Below are positions 1 through 9,720 of a stretch of 64,000 nucleotides of DNA, piece after piece (position 1 is the first letter of the stretch; the number at the start of each line of letters is the position of its first letter). Origin of the DNA: Candidatus Saccharimonadota bacterium (GTDB taxonomy: Bacteria > Patescibacteriota > Saccharimonadia > Saccharimonadales > Saccharimonadaceae); NCBI GenBank assembly GCA_003979185.1, contig RYWJ01000002.1, positions 4,650-68,649 of the forward strand. The letters run 5' to 3'. The notes under the pieces were generated by a model. That model did no database searches. It was not told the origin of the DNA and saw only the letters and a program-made list of their open reading frames with translations. Position numbers and translations under genes: made by a program.

Positions 1-759
1 CTAGATAAATTATATGCTGCTCACTTAGTGCTGAAGCCAAAATGGTATGACGTACTTAATTCAGTTGGCACACTTGGTGGCGGAAATCACTTTATTGAGC
101 TTAATAAGAATGAAGCTGGTGAGATTTATATTGTAATTCACAGCGGAAGCCGCAATATTGGCTTACAAATTGCCAATTACTATCAGAAAATCGCAGATGA
201 ACGGCAACCGTTTGCCGATAAGGGCTTAGCCTTTTTAACTGGCGAAGCCTGCGAACATTATTTACATGATATGATGCTTGCTCAAGAGTTTGCGATGCTC
301 AATCGTCATGCCATGATGTATGACATTCTTGAGTTCTTAGGAGTTGAGCCAGTAGAAACCTTTACGACAATTCACAACTATATTGAGCCAGAAACACATA
401 TCTTACGTAAAGGTGCCGTATCCGCTAAGGAGGGCGAGAAGTTCATTATCCCAATCAACATGCGTGATGGTAGCCTTATTTGCGTGGGTAAAGGTAATAA
501 AGACTGGAACTATTCTGCTCCACACGGTGCAGGTCGCTTGATGAGCCGTATGCAGGCAAAGAAGAGCCTCTCTGTGGATGAGTTCAAGAAGCAGATGGAG
601 GGTATCTATACTACTTCTGCTAATATCAGCACACTTGATGAAAGCCCTATGGCTTATAAGGGCATGGAAAATATCGTCAATAACATTGAACCTACAGCTG
701 ACATCATCGAGAATATTAAGCCAATTTATAACTTTAAGGCAGCTGAGAGAGGACGCTAA
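1..759 (+). CDS. rtcB: RtcB-family RNA 3'-phosphate ligase (5' end truncated by window edge)
   Basis: The frame is open to base 1. GGGNHFIE, HSGSRNIG and PHGAGR motifs are typical of RtcB. The stop codon abuts the ATG of the next phage gene, so it looks phage-encoded. Confidence 0.85.
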   Translation, partial: LDKLYAAHLVLKPKWYDVLNSVGTLGGGNHFIELNKNEAGEIYIVIHSGSRNIGLQIANYYQKIADERQPFADKGLAFLTGEACEHYLHDMMLAQEFAMLNRHAMMYDILEFLGVEPVETFTTIHNYIEPETHILRKGAVSAKEGEKFIIPINMRDGSLICVGKGNKDWNYSAPHGAGRLMSRMQAKKSLSVDEFKKQMEGIYTTSANISTLDESPMAYKGMENIVNNIEPTADIIENIKPIYNFKAAERGR

Positions 760-1482
760 ATGGACAACGAAAATAATTATCTTTCCGACATCAATGTCGG
801 AAAGATAAACTTCCAGCCTATGCAAAAGCGGTTTATGGTGTGGGATGAAAAGGGGCGCAAATTCGTTAGAGGAATAAACGGCCATATCCTAAACTGGCGT
901 GAAATTGCTAATTTAGTGGAGCCTTCCATCTGGGATTGTGCTGTCGAATTAGATGAAGTAGTCGAGCGTTTCACTATCGTCCAATCCACCAACCTCTTTG
1001 ATAAAGATGGTGAGGAGATATTTGAGGGGAGTATTGTAATGTATAACCATAACACATATTTTGTACGCCAAGACCGTTATAACGGAATGTGGTTATTAAA
1101 AAATGTAAAGACAGGTGATTGTAGTGAATCTATAAATGGTTGGGAGAATGGTAAAGATGAAAGGTTAAAGCTTCTAGGTCACATCCTCTCAAGTCCAGAA
1201 CGATTAAGGAGTCATATGAGTAAAATTAGGTATACTGAAGACGGTCAGATTGCCAACCCTGACTCCCAACTGTGCTTTGAGATTCTAAATCACAAAGTCG
1301 ACTATATGCTGGAGATGATGTACGCCTACACATATTTTGCCAACCCCTTTGCTACACCACATAAGCAAGGTGCAAGAAAGCCTCCAAAGGTTGACATGAA
1401 TCATGTCATGAAGGCTCATGAAATATGCGAGGAACGGATAAAGCAAAGTGTTAAGGATTTTGAAGAAAGGATGAAAAAATGA
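760..1482 (+). CDS. YopX-like phage protein with unassigned C-terminal extension
   Basis: FMVWDEKGRKF ... DKDGEEIFEGSIV ... LLGHILSSPERL resembles the YopX domain pattern (FRxWD ... DKNGKxIYEGD ... IGNIxENPELL). Confidence 0.5.
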   Translation: MDNENNYLSDINVGKINFQPMQKRFMVWDEKGRKFVRGINGHILNWREIANLVEPSIWDCAVELDEVVERFTIVQSTNLFDKDGEEIFEGSIVMYNHNTYFVRQDRYNGMWLLKNVKTGDCSESINGWENGKDERLKLLGHILSSPERLRSHMSKIRYTEDGQIANPDSQLCFEILNHKVDYMLEMMYAYTYFANPFATPHKQGARKPPKVDMNHVMKAHEICEERIKQSVKDFEERMKK

Positions 1483-1754
1483 TTTTACCAGCGGCGTCAA
1501 CATATACTCAACCAGTTTATATTTACCAAGATAGTACATCGTATACCCAACGGTGCCTAGAGCGATCAGAAAATGCTGATCTTGCCCAGAAAGTATTAAA
1601 AGGTGAGCGGCTTAACGACAAAGATGCTCAAAGAGTTACCACATGTGTGGCAGAAGTTAAAGAATCTGGCACCAAGCTTGTTGCAGGTTTCTTTATTGTT
1701 GTTTTTATTGCTGGTATTGTACTTATTTTAATTGCGGCTTGCGCTCAGGAGTAG
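1479..1754 (+). CDS. Hypothetical tail-anchored membrane protein
   Basis: ATGA start/stop overlap with the upstream gene. One C-terminal hydrophobic helix (LVAGFFIVVFIAGIVLILIAA). Confidence 0.4.
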   Translation: MILPAASTYTQPVYIYQDSTSYTQRCLERSENADLAQKVLKGERLNDKDAQRVTTCVAEVKESGTKLVAGFFIVVFIAGIVLILIAACAQE

Positions 1755-1758
1755 AAAT

Positions 1759-1956
1759 ATGACAGCAAAATTTATAGAAATAACAGACTTGGACGGTGAG
1801 GTGGCACTTATTAATATAGCCAATATAGTCGTGGTCGTAGAAGATGATAATACACCTTATACAATGCTTACCTTTAATATTGGCAAGCAGTTAGTCGCAA
1901 AGATACCCTATTCAAAAATGAAAAAACTACTTGGAGTAAGTGATGACAAAGACTAA
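1759..1956 (+). CDS. Hypothetical small phage protein
   Basis: Internal ATG preceded by AGGAG. No motif recognised. Confidence 0.35.
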   Translation: MTAKFIEITDLDGEVALINIANIVVVVEDDNTPYTMLTFNIGKQLVAKIPYSKMKKLLGVSDDKD

Positions 1957-2359
1957 AACTCCCACAAAGCAGGGAGATTACGAGGTCGGCAACAAGAAGC
2001 CACCGAAGAACCGACAGTTTGGACAGATAGAGGGCAATCCACGGCATAACGGGGCTTGGAAAAAAGAAGACACTCTGCGTTTCAAGCTTCAGCAGATTGC
2101 GAAGATGACTGCTGAGGAGCTACAACAACTCATCGCTAGTCCAGACGCTGGTGAGTACGAGAAGAATGTAGCTCGTACAGTGCTAGAGATGGTGAGCATG
2201 GACGCTGAGAAACGGTGGCGAGTAATCGAGGGGCTCACTAATCAAGATGGTGGATATCCAAAGCAGCAAGTCGAGCAACATAATATCGAACTGAAGCCAA
2301 TTTTGCCGAAGCCGAAGAAAAAGAAGAAACGATTAGGAGTTGGGAATGAAATTAATTGA
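1943..2359 (+). CDS. Putative terminase small subunit
   Basis: Basic N-terminus (KKPPKNRQFG ... GNPRHNGAWKK) and a position two genes upstream of the large terminase. The assignment rests on position and composition. Confidence 0.4.
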   Translation: MTKTKTPTKQGDYEVGNKKPPKNRQFGQIEGNPRHNGAWKKEDTLRFKLQQIAKMTAEELQQLIASPDAGEYEKNVARTVLEMVSMDAEKRWRVIEGLTNQDGGYPKQQVEQHNIELKPILPKPKKKKKRLGVGNEIN

Positions 2360-2639
2360 TGGATATCTTGATAGCTATTATTCCTCTAAGCTAATAAAGG
2401 TTTTAGGTGATTTTCTCACCATGGAGTTCAATGCTGACTTCTTCATAGAATACAATATCGACAAGCAGGTAACTGTTATATCGAAGATGCGTAAGTTGGC
2501 GGACAAATTCTACACGCCTATATATTCGTTTCGCGAGGCTGATGCTGTAGTTATTCTATCTAACCTTTCAGAAGCTAAAAGACATCTCGAACGTAAGTAT
2601 AAAGAGCTAATTAAGTTTCAACGTGAGACTATTTTGTGA
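2346..2639 (+). CDS. Hypothetical phage protein
   Basis: ATG with AGGAG 7 nt upstream. Its stop overlaps the GTG start of the terminase large subunit. Confidence 0.35.
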   Translation: MKLIDGYLDSYYSSKLIKVLGDFLTMEFNADFFIEYNIDKQVTVISKMRKLADKFYTPIYSFREADAVVILSNLSEAKRHLERKYKELIKFQRETIL

Positions 2640-3832
2640 AATATCACGTCACTACTACTCTAGAGAAGATACAAGCCCTGTTTAGCAATGATGATTATCG
2701 TATCATCATCGAACAGGGCGGGACTTCTGCTGGCAAAACTGTGTCTACGCTGTGGGTGCTGCTTGACTATGCACTCGCCCACAGCAATAAGGTGATTAGT
2801 ATTGTTTCTGATACTTTTCCAAATCTCCGCAAAGGAGCTATGCGGGACTTCTTAGACATCTGCCGCGAGACGGGTGTTTTAGAAGTTGCCACATGGAACA
2901 AAGCAGAGAGTACTCTTACACTTCCCAATGGCACTATCGTGGAGTTTTTCTCTTGCGATATGATGGGCGCGCTCGGCGCAAGGCGGGATGTACTCTACAT
3001 CAACGAAGCTAACCGTATCACTTGGGAAACCTTCTCGCAGCTTGAGATTCGTACCCGCGAGAAGATCATCATCGACTTTAATCCAGTAAACAAATTTTGG
3101 GCACATACAGAGATAATCGAAAAGAAGCGAAAAGACTCTGCCTTCGTGAAGCTAACTTTTGAGGACAATGAAGCACTAGATGAGAATACTTATAACGCTA
3201 TTCTCGCACGTAAAGGCGACGGTACGAGCAACTGGTGGCGGGTATATGGCTTAGGCGAAATAGGGAGCTTAGAGGGCAATGTATATGAGGGTTGGGTGGC
3301 CGAAGATGAGCTATCGTCTGATCTAAAACTATTAAGGTATGGTATTGACTTCGGGTTCAGTAATGACCCGACGGCAGTAGTTGCTATATACGAAAATGAT
3401 TGTGGTGAGATTTGGCTTAAACAGGAATTATGTGAAACGAAGTTGCTCACGCCTCAGCTGGTTGTGAGATTGAAAGAAATTATTGAAAGTGATGGTGATG
3501 CACTTGTGGTCTGCGATAACGCTAGACCAGAAATCATCGCAGAGCTTCAAGCTAATGGTATACGTGCTATTGGCTGTGATAAGACGCCAGGTGAGAAGAT
3601 GAATGGTAAGCGTTATAATATTGAACTGGTGCAACGACGTAAGATTCACTACTTGCGTTGCGATAAGGAGCTTGAGCAAGAATACTTAACTTATGCCTGG
3701 CGCAAGAAGAAGTCCACTGGTGAAGTGCTTGATGAGCCAGAAGACGGACACGATCACTGCATGGATGCTATAGCTTATGCGATCAGAGATTTGGAGCGTA
3801 AGATGGTCGTCTATGCAATACCAAGAGTTTAA
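2636..3832 (+). CDS. terL: Terminase large subunit
   Basis: Walker A (GGTSAGKT), a DFNP/acidic ATPase core, and a C-terminal RNaseH-like nuclease region ending HDHCMDAIAYA. Size and layout are typical of PBSX/Terminase_3-type TerL. Confidence 0.85.
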   Translation: MKYHVTTTLEKIQALFSNDDYRIIIEQGGTSAGKTVSTLWVLLDYALAHSNKVISIVSDTFPNLRKGAMRDFLDICRETGVLEVATWNKAESTLTLPNGTIVEFFSCDMMGALGARRDVLYINEANRITWETFSQLEIRTREKIIIDFNPVNKFWAHTEIIEKKRKDSAFVKLTFEDNEALDENTYNAILARKGDGTSNWWRVYGLGEIGSLEGNVYEGWVAEDELSSDLKLLRYGIDFGFSNDPTAVVAIYENDCGEIWLKQELCETKLLTPQLVVRLKEIIESDGDALVVCDNARPEIIAELQANGIRAIGCDKTPGEKMNGKRYNIELVQRRKIHYLRCDKELEQEYLTYAWRKKKSTGEVLDEPEDGHDHCMDAIAYAIRDLERKMVVYAIPRV

Positions 3833-3859
3833 GAGCCGCAACTGTAGCGGTTCTTTTTT
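3833..3859 (+). terminator. Intrinsic terminator after terL
   Basis: Hairpin AGCCGC-aactgta-GCGGTT followed by CTTTTTT. Confidence 0.5.
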
Positions 3860-3860
3860 G

Positions 3861-3880
3861 TTGCTTACCACTTCGTAGCC
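3861..3880 (+). promoter_or_regulatory. Conserved phage motif copy a (TTGCTTACCACTTCGTAGCC)
   Basis: Lies directly after the terL terminator and 57 nt upstream of the capsid gene ATG. A 23-nt stretch is identical to copy e. Confidence 0.55.
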
Positions 3881-3937
3881 TAATTTTAATTGGCTTAGTC
3901 AGTGCCCAGTTGGGCGACGTGAAAGGAATATTAAAAA

Positions 3938-5683
3938 ATGGTAGAGAAAATTAAAACAATTTCTCTTTCAAAACTAAAGATTTCCGAAGCTGAAGTCAAC
4001 GGAGTAAGCGAGCGACGCGTAACCTTTGTTGCTTCTACAGATCGAGAAGATCGTGATTATGAAGTAGTAAAGATTGACACGTTTAGGTTACCAACAAAAG
4101 GCGGCGGAAGCATTAAGGTTGCAGATTTGCCAACTGGCGGATCCGATAATGTGGTTATTCCGCTTCTTACTAATCACGATATGTGGAATGTGGAAAAAAC
4201 AATTGGATCAGTCCGTAACGCTTCATTCGAGAACAACCGACTCATCTTTGAAGTAGGAATCTCCTCGCGACCATATGCACAAGACGTCTTTAAGCTAATC
4301 GAAGAGGGGCATCTCGACAATGCATTCTCGATTCGCTATGGGGACTATTCTCATAACTTTGATACCGGCGTAGACACAGATGGTGAAGTTATTGAGGTGT
4401 CTTTAGTTACTCGTGGGTCAAATAAAGACGCCCAGGTTTTAGAAGTTAAAGGAATGAAAGAGGATAACATGAATAAAGCGAAAACTCTGGAAGCCGATCA
4501 AGCTCCAGCAGAACAGACCAACACAGAAACAAATACCAATAATGATGGCGATAACAATGTGCCACAAGAGAATGACGAAGAAAAGGAAAAAGGTATGACA
4601 ACCGATAATAATACACACACAGAGTTTGCAAAAACTCAGGTTAAGACACCATCACAGGCGGCACGTGTCACAACATCGGCACCTGATGATTATTTGAAGT
4701 CCAAGCAAGCAGAACATGATTTTGCGCGCACTATTGTAGATCACTACGGTCAGTCTAGTCAAATGGTCATGAAATCATGGTCAAATAAGCTTAAAGAAAA
4801 AGGCATTACTGGTGACGCAATCTTGCCTGCTAGCCTTGAACAGATTTTCTTCAAAGCGTGGGAAGATCACTACGAAGCGTTGGGGACATTCCGACGAACT
4901 ACGAAGCTTTCGGGTGCTGTGTATGCATTCAATACTACAGATCGAGCATTGGGTCATAAAAAAGGCGAGAAAAAGGCCGAACAAAATTTGTCAGACATCC
5001 GTCGTGACTACAAGTTTAAGGTCATGTACAAGAAGCTGGCTATTGATTTGCAGGATCTCATTGACGACGAAACTGGCGAGCTGCTACGTTTGCGCTCTGA
5101 AGAACTTGCAAGTCGCCGTGGCGACGAGTTAGTCCGAGCAGTTTGGTTTGGCGATGGACGTACTGAGCCATCTGAGGGTAACCCAGATTATCGCCTCTTT
5201 GATGGAACTCGTGGCCCATGGAGCATGGTCAATGATATCAACAATGCGAATACTGCCGGATCATTCAGCCAGGCAGTTGCTACTCAAATTGCTAATGTAG
5301 CATCAGACTCTTTGTGGCAGAAGATTATTAAAGTTCGTGGTGCTATCCGTGGTGGCGTTGGACGTAAAATCATCGTTTTGCCAGAGGGGTCACTAACGGA
5401 GCTTGCAATCGCTACCAAAGACAACGGTGAGCCATTGTTCCCTCTCGGTACTGATATGCAGAATCTATTTGGCTCTTACATATTCGAGTCACCATACATG
5501 GCGACTTCTGGCTATGATGTATTGGGCTATCGTGAGGGTTCTTACCTATTGGCGACTGGCAACCCAATGGTACGCACAATGTTTGATCTCGACTATAACA
5601 CTGATGTTATGCTACAAGAGCAGGCTGTTGCTGGTACCGCTTACGGTCATAAGGTGATTGCTGGCTACAAGTCAAAAGCCTAG
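3938..5683 (+). CDS. Prohead protease / scaffold-like linker / HK97-fold major capsid protein fusion
   Basis: The N-terminus (VTFVASTDREDRDYEVV, LLTNHDMW..IGSV, FSIRYG) resembles HK97-type prohead serine proteases. The middle is an acidic Asn/Thr/Glu-rich low-complexity region. The C-terminal ~300 aa are capsid-like. Confidence 0.65.
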   Translation: MVEKIKTISLSKLKISEAEVNGVSERRVTFVASTDREDRDYEVVKIDTFRLPTKGGGSIKVADLPTGGSDNVVIPLLTNHDMWNVEKTIGSVRNASFENNRLIFEVGISSRPYAQDVFKLIEEGHLDNAFSIRYGDYSHNFDTGVDTDGEVIEVSLVTRGSNKDAQVLEVKGMKEDNMNKAKTLEADQAPAEQTNTETNTNNDGDNNVPQENDEEKEKGMTTDNNTHTEFAKTQVKTPSQAARVTTSAPDDYLKSKQAEHDFARTIVDHYGQSSQMVMKSWSNKLKEKGITGDAILPASLEQIFFKAWEDHYEALGTFRRTTKLSGAVYAFNTTDRALGHKKGEKKAEQNLSDIRRDYKFKVMYKKLAIDLQDLIDDETGELLRLRSEELASRRGDELVRAVWFGDGRTEPSEGNPDYRLFDGTRGPWSMVNDINNANTAGSFSQAVATQIANVASDSLWQKIIKVRGAIRGGVGRKIIVLPEGSLTELAIATKDNGEPLFPLGTDMQNLFGSYIFESPYMATSGYDVLGYREGSYLLATGNPMVRTMFDLDYNTDVMLQEQAVAGTAYGHKVIAGYKSKA

Positions 5684-5776
5684 TCCCCTCAGGTTCATAC
5701 ATAATAACCGAAAATGGTGAGGGGCTACTAACAGAAGATAGTAAACTACTCCTGACACAGTAAAAGAAAGGACGAC

Positions 5777-6184
5777 ATGAGTGACAAACCTATTATTTCC
5801 CAAGAAACGATGGCCGCGTTACTCGGTCGTCCTTTGAGTGACCTAGAGATAGCTAATTACGATCTATATTTAGAGCTAGCCATAGAGCGGCTTGATGATC
5901 TACTGTGCATTAAACTAGAAGACATGGATGATTTGCCAGTAAGGTTAAAGCTACTAATTGCTCGTGCTTTTAATGTCATGAAGCAGGAACAAGCAGCATC
6001 TGAATCTCACGGTATTGACAAGAAACAAGTCGAAGACTTCTCCATTAGCTTCCAGGCTGACGCGAGTAGCCCTATGACTTATTTCGTGGAACAAAACCTT
6101 TCGATATTAAATCAATACAGTAAGTGCCAAGGCTCTATTAGGAGCGGTAAGGTCTATTCACATGACTGTTTTCGATGTATTTAG
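5777..6184 (+). CDS. Head-tail connector (gp6-like) candidate
   Basis: Follows the capsid gene. The N-terminal pattern (LLGRPLSDLEIANYDLYLELAIERLDDL) is typical of gp6-like adaptor proteins. Confidence 0.45.
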   Translation: MSDKPIISQETMAALLGRPLSDLEIANYDLYLELAIERLDDLLCIKLEDMDDLPVRLKLLIARAFNVMKQEQAASESHGIDKKQVEDFSISFQADASSPMTYFVEQNLSILNQYSKCQGSIRSGKVYSHDCFRCI

Positions 6185-6521
6185 CCAAATTGACTATACA
6201 TTCCTCGAAATATCTAGGGGTAATGTTTATGGTAACCGTGTTATCAATCGACGTGTTCTACGTGGAGTTTTTAAGCTACGCGAAAAAATGAGTTCCTCCA
6301 ATAATATGGAGACTGTAGACTCGGACGCTCGCTTACATGCTCATACTAACGACTTTACAGTTAATCCTCATGAGCTGGTAGGCCAAGGGGTAGAAGTAAA
6401 TGGCCAGCAGTATAGTATAGAGGGGGTTTCTGTGGGTGCAAATTTTGATAATGGCGTCATAGAGCATCTGCGATTTGAACTACAAAAAGCTAATTTTGTG
6501 GAGGATTCAAATGGCGAATGA
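6162..6521 (+). CDS. Head-closure/adaptor candidate
   Basis: Assigned by position in the connector block and overlap with its neighbours. No motif recognised. Confidence 0.3.
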   Translation: MTVFDVFSQIDYTFLEISRGNVYGNRVINRRVLRGVFKLREKMSSSNNMETVDSDARLHAHTNDFTVNPHELVGQGVEVNGQQYSIEGVSVGANFDNGVIEHLRFELQKANFVEDSNGE

Positions 6522-6888
6522 CAATGCAGTGGCTCATGTTGCGGTCACGCTTGATGATAGAACTGGCGCATGGTTTGGTGGCAAGATGAATAATATCAAG
6601 GTTGGACTAAATACTATGGGCAAATCTATAGTATCTAGAGCTAAGATGACTGTACCTAAAAAGAGTGGTAACCTGAAAAAGTCCGATAGAGTAGAAGTAC
6701 GTGGCAATGTTTGTATCGTTTCTCTTGGTGGCGGAAGCATTAAATATGGTGACTATCAGGAGCGTGGTATGCGTAAAGATGGCACTCGTGTGGTTAAACA
6801 TTACACTACTGCAGGCACGCATGCCCAGTATCTACAGCAAGCTGGTCTGTCTGTCGTAAAAGAGGGTCTTAGAAAATGGTTACGTTAA
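6511..6888 (+). CDS. HK97 gp10-like tail-completion family protein
   Basis: ATG preceded by GGAGGA. KMTVPKKSGNLKKS and an RGxxK-rich C-terminus resemble the HK97 gp10 family. Confidence 0.45.
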   Translation: MANDNAVAHVAVTLDDRTGAWFGGKMNNIKVGLNTMGKSIVSRAKMTVPKKSGNLKKSDRVEVRGNVCIVSLGGGSIKYGDYQERGMRKDGTRVVKHYTTAGTHAQYLQQAGLSVVKEGLRKWLR

Positions 6889-7391
6889 GCATACTAAAAC
6901 TCTTAGAGAACAATGGCTTTGGAGAAATTGATAAAGACCTTTTCTGGGAGAAGCTTGGCTTGAACGAAACTGGTCTTTATATATCTGATATTGGATCTAG
7001 CCAAAGCCGTACAGCCAAGCGTTCTACAACCTATGAAATATTTAGTCGTGGTGAATCGGACGTAGAGGGATATATGATGATAGAAAAGGTATCTGATTTT
7101 CTAAATTCTCTATTTGATATTTGCAGACTACCATCTGTACCACCAATTACTGATTATGGATATCATGGTGTTTCGTTTCTGCCCGTGAGTACTATATCTA
7201 ACGTTGGAGTCGATATTAATGGTAGAGTTATTTACAGTATAACAGGTCAAGTGTATTGGTCTGATCGCTACAAAGAAACACCAGCACCACCGGTCAAGGC
7301 GATGTATCTAGCGTTAGAAAATGGAAAAGCGTTAAAAACGGAAAATGAAAAAGTAATTTGGAGAGAAGAATGGAAGAAATTGAGGGCGTAA
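6876..7391 (+). CDS. Hypothetical virion protein (tail terminator/minor capsid candidate)
   Basis: Assigned by position in the head-tail joining block only. Confidence 0.3.
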   Translation: MVTLSILKLLENNGFGEIDKDLFWEKLGLNETGLYISDIGSSQSRTAKRSTTYEIFSRGESDVEGYMMIEKVSDFLNSLFDICRLPSVPPITDYGYHGVSFLPVSTISNVGVDINGRVIYSITGQVYWSDRYKETPAPPVKAMYLALENGKALKTENEKVIWREEWKKLRA

Positions 7392-8611
7392 AGATAAGTC
7401 AGCTACCAAAAGCTAGTGCGGTTAGTGCAGGCGACCTTATTCCTGGAGTCATTAATGGAGAAACTCAAGCGATTGATGTTAACTTACTAAAAGGCCAAAA
7501 AGGAGACCAAGGTGATGCAGGTCCAGCAGGCCCCCAGGGTGAACAGGGACCTCAAGGCGAAAGGGGACCGCAGGGCGAGCAAGGCGTGGCCGGCCCACAA
7601 GGTGTGCAAGGTGAGCAGGGTCCTGCTGGTGTTGATGGTGCGCCTGGTCCAGCAGGGCCACAAGGCGAAAAAGGAGATCCTGGAGCTGGTATTGCTATTA
7701 GCGGTGAGGTGGAAACCTATGCGGACTTACCTACTAATTTAACCCCAGAAGATGCGGGCAAGTCATATATAGTTAAGGCTGATGGGCTTCTATACATCTG
7801 GAGTGGCATATCTTTCCCTGCAGATGGTGAGGGCACCACTTTTGTAGGACCACAAGGGCCTAAGGGTGACAAGGGTGATAAAGGTGATAAAGGTGAGCAG
7901 GGCGAGCAAGGCCCGCAAGGTATCCAGGGTGAGCAAGGTATCCAGGGGGAACAGGGACCTCAAGGCGAGCCAGGTACTGGTGGCGAGTTATACGATGAGT
8001 ATGGCCAGAATACGGACGGGGCTTTAACGCAGAAGTTCGTAAGTGATATATTGAACGCTCAAAATCCTGCTATAGGCTTAAGAGCAACAGCTGGCTCATA
8101 TAGCACCGCTTTAGGAGATAGTGCCAAGGCTTCTAATTATGGAACTGCTATTGGGCGGCAGGCCATAGCGAGTAGTCTGGGCTCTGTGGCTATGGGGGAT
8201 GGTGCGCGCGCTATGGCTAAAGGCGCTGTAGCTTTAGGGGTAGAATCGACGGCTACCATCGAAGGAGAAGTCAATATTGGCGCAAAGGCGGGGTACGGTT
8301 ATCAAGGAAGCAATAGCCGTGTTCTAGCTGGCCTACATGATGGTGTTGAAGATGACCACGCAACCACTGTTGCTCAACTAAATACTACCAAAACGGAGCT
8401 TGAAACCAAAATCGCAAATGATTTGATGGAATATTACAATAAAACCGAGTCTGACAATAAATTTGTTGACAAGACTGCAATTGTTCAGTCAACTGGTGAG
8501 TCCACAACTGCCATAATGAGTCAAAAAGCCATTACGGATATGATAGGTGGCGTGGAAGCTCGACTTGTGAGCCTAAATAGCGGAGAAGGAGTTCAAAATG
8601 ACAATCAATAG
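7370..8611 (+). CDS. Collagen-like repeat fibre protein with adhesin-like head repeats
   Basis: Two Gly-X-Y blocks (about 7494-7690 and 7850-7980). N-terminal KISQLPKA fibre-type start. C-terminal Ala/Gly-rich SxAxG repeats and [22 protein letters not shown] resemble trimeric autotransporter head/neck motifs. Confidence 0.7.
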   Translation: MEEIEGVKISQLPKASAVSAGDLIPGVINGETQAIDVNLLKGQKGDQGDAGPAGPQGEQGPQGERGPQGEQGVAGPQGVQGEQGPAGVDGAPGPAGPQGEKGDPGAGIAISGEVETYADLPTNLTPEDAGKSYIVKADGLLYIWSGISFPADGEGTTFVGPQGPKGDKGDKGDKGEQGEQGPQGIQGEQGIQGEQGPQGEPGTGGELYDEYGQNTDGALTQKFVSDILNAQNPAIGLRATAGSYSTALGDSAKASNYGTAIGRQAIASSLGSVAMGDGARAMAKGAVALGVESTATIEGEVNIGAKAGYGYQGSNSRVLAGLHDGVEDDHATTVAQLNTTKTELETKIANDLMEYYNKTESDNKFVDKTAIVQSTGESTTAIMSQKAITDMIGGVEARLVSLNSGEGVQNDNQ

Positions 8612-9719
8612 TGAGATCTCTATTCTTGAACAGAATATTGCCAGCTCATACAATACCATAAAGAACAAAGGCGGTTCTTTGCCAGAGCAACTCAATACAG
8701 AGAATTTGGCTGGAGCTATAGCTACGTTGGAAGATGCGGGTGTTACTCCTGGCGAATATGGCGCATTATATTATTTAGTTGGGGTTAATGGTAAAACTGT
8801 TCTTCGTGGCGTACAGCTCAATACTATAGACGACTTTAATGCTATGTGTACAGATGGAAACCAACAGTCATCCATTACAATAAACGGTCAGTCTATTCTA
8901 AAAAGCACAATTGTAAGATATACCTTTGGGTCTGCTGAGTTAACCAGTCTACCAGATAACTTTTGCTATTATTTTTCAAACATGTCGCAAATGTCAAACA
9001 TGCCGGATTCAATCACTAGCATAGGTAGTAATTTTATGAGGGCGTGTCAGGCGTTCAATCAATCAATACATTTTAGCAATAATCTTCAAACTATTGGTAG
9101 TTATTGTTTAGCTAACAATTATAAACGTAGCGCCAATACAGATCTCTCAAATACGAAGTTGACCAGTTTACCAGACTACTTTATGGCTTGGTGCTATAAT
9201 TTTAACGGCAAGCTAACATTGCCAGCTTCGCTCAAAAGCATTGGCAATAGAGTGCTTCAATCATGCAATTCGTTTTCGCAAGTGTTAGAAATTCCAGAAT
9301 CAGTAGAATCTATTGGGGATTTCTTCTTGAGTTGGTGTCATAGTTACAATGTAGCAATAACGATTCCAGGAGGTGTAAGAAGCATCGGGGATTATTTTAT
9401 GAATACGTGCTATGCGTTTAACTCCGAGATTAGTCTTGGTGATAGTATTGAAACAATTGGGGATTATTTTATGAGTAGATGCATAGTATTTAATCAAGCC
9501 CTGACAATGCCAGCTTCGCTCAAAAGCATTGGCACCTCTTTCCTCAACCGGTGTATTTCATTAACTTATTACCCGACATTCAATTGTCCAAATTTGACTA
9601 CGATTGGGGACTATTTTCTCAATGAGTGCGCATATTTAAGCGGTACAGGTGGGCGGGTTGATCTTACTAATACAACAGTTGCAGAGATTGGCCGTGGCTT
9701 CTTGTGGGGGGTGTACTAA
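8598..9719 (+). CDS. BspA-type leucine-rich repeat (LRR_5-like) protein, N-terminal part of a split gene
   Basis: Reiterated ~23-aa units (IGxxFxxxCxxFNxxLxxPxSLxS). The ORF ends just after a G6 tract in the middle of a repeat unit. Confidence 0.6.
   Translation: MTINSEISILEQNIASSYNTIKNKGGSLPEQLNTENLAGAIATLEDAGVTPGEYGALYYLVGVNGKTVLRGVQLNTIDDFNAMCTDGNQQSSITINGQSILKSTIVRYTFGSAELTSLPDNFCYYFSNMSQMSNMPDSITSIGSNFMRACQAFNQSIHFSNNLQTIGSYCLANNYKRSANTDLSNTKLTSLPDYFMAWCYNFNGKLTLPASLKSIGNRVLQSCNSFSQVLEIPESVESIGDFFLSWCHSYNVAITIPGGVRSIGDYFMNTCYAFNSEISLGDSIETIGDYFMSRCIVFNQALTMPASLKSIGTSFLNRCISLTYYPTFNCPNLTTIGDYFLNECAYLSGTGGRVDLTNTTVAEIGRGFLWGVY
9706..9711 (+). repeat. Homopolymeric G6 tract at the junction of the two LRR ORFs
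   Basis: The sequence reads ttg tgg ggg gtg tac taa. Removing one G gives [15 protein letters not shown], which restores the repeat consensus and fuses 8598-9719 to 9721-10203. Confidence 0.8.
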
Positions 9720-9720
9720 A

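Noticed and set aside
7479-7742. Alternative-frame ORFs across the collagen-like repeats
   Set aside because: They are artefacts of the GGN-rich Gly-X-Y repeat, which keeps other frames open. The Gly-X-Y frame is the only one continuous with the flanking fibre domains.
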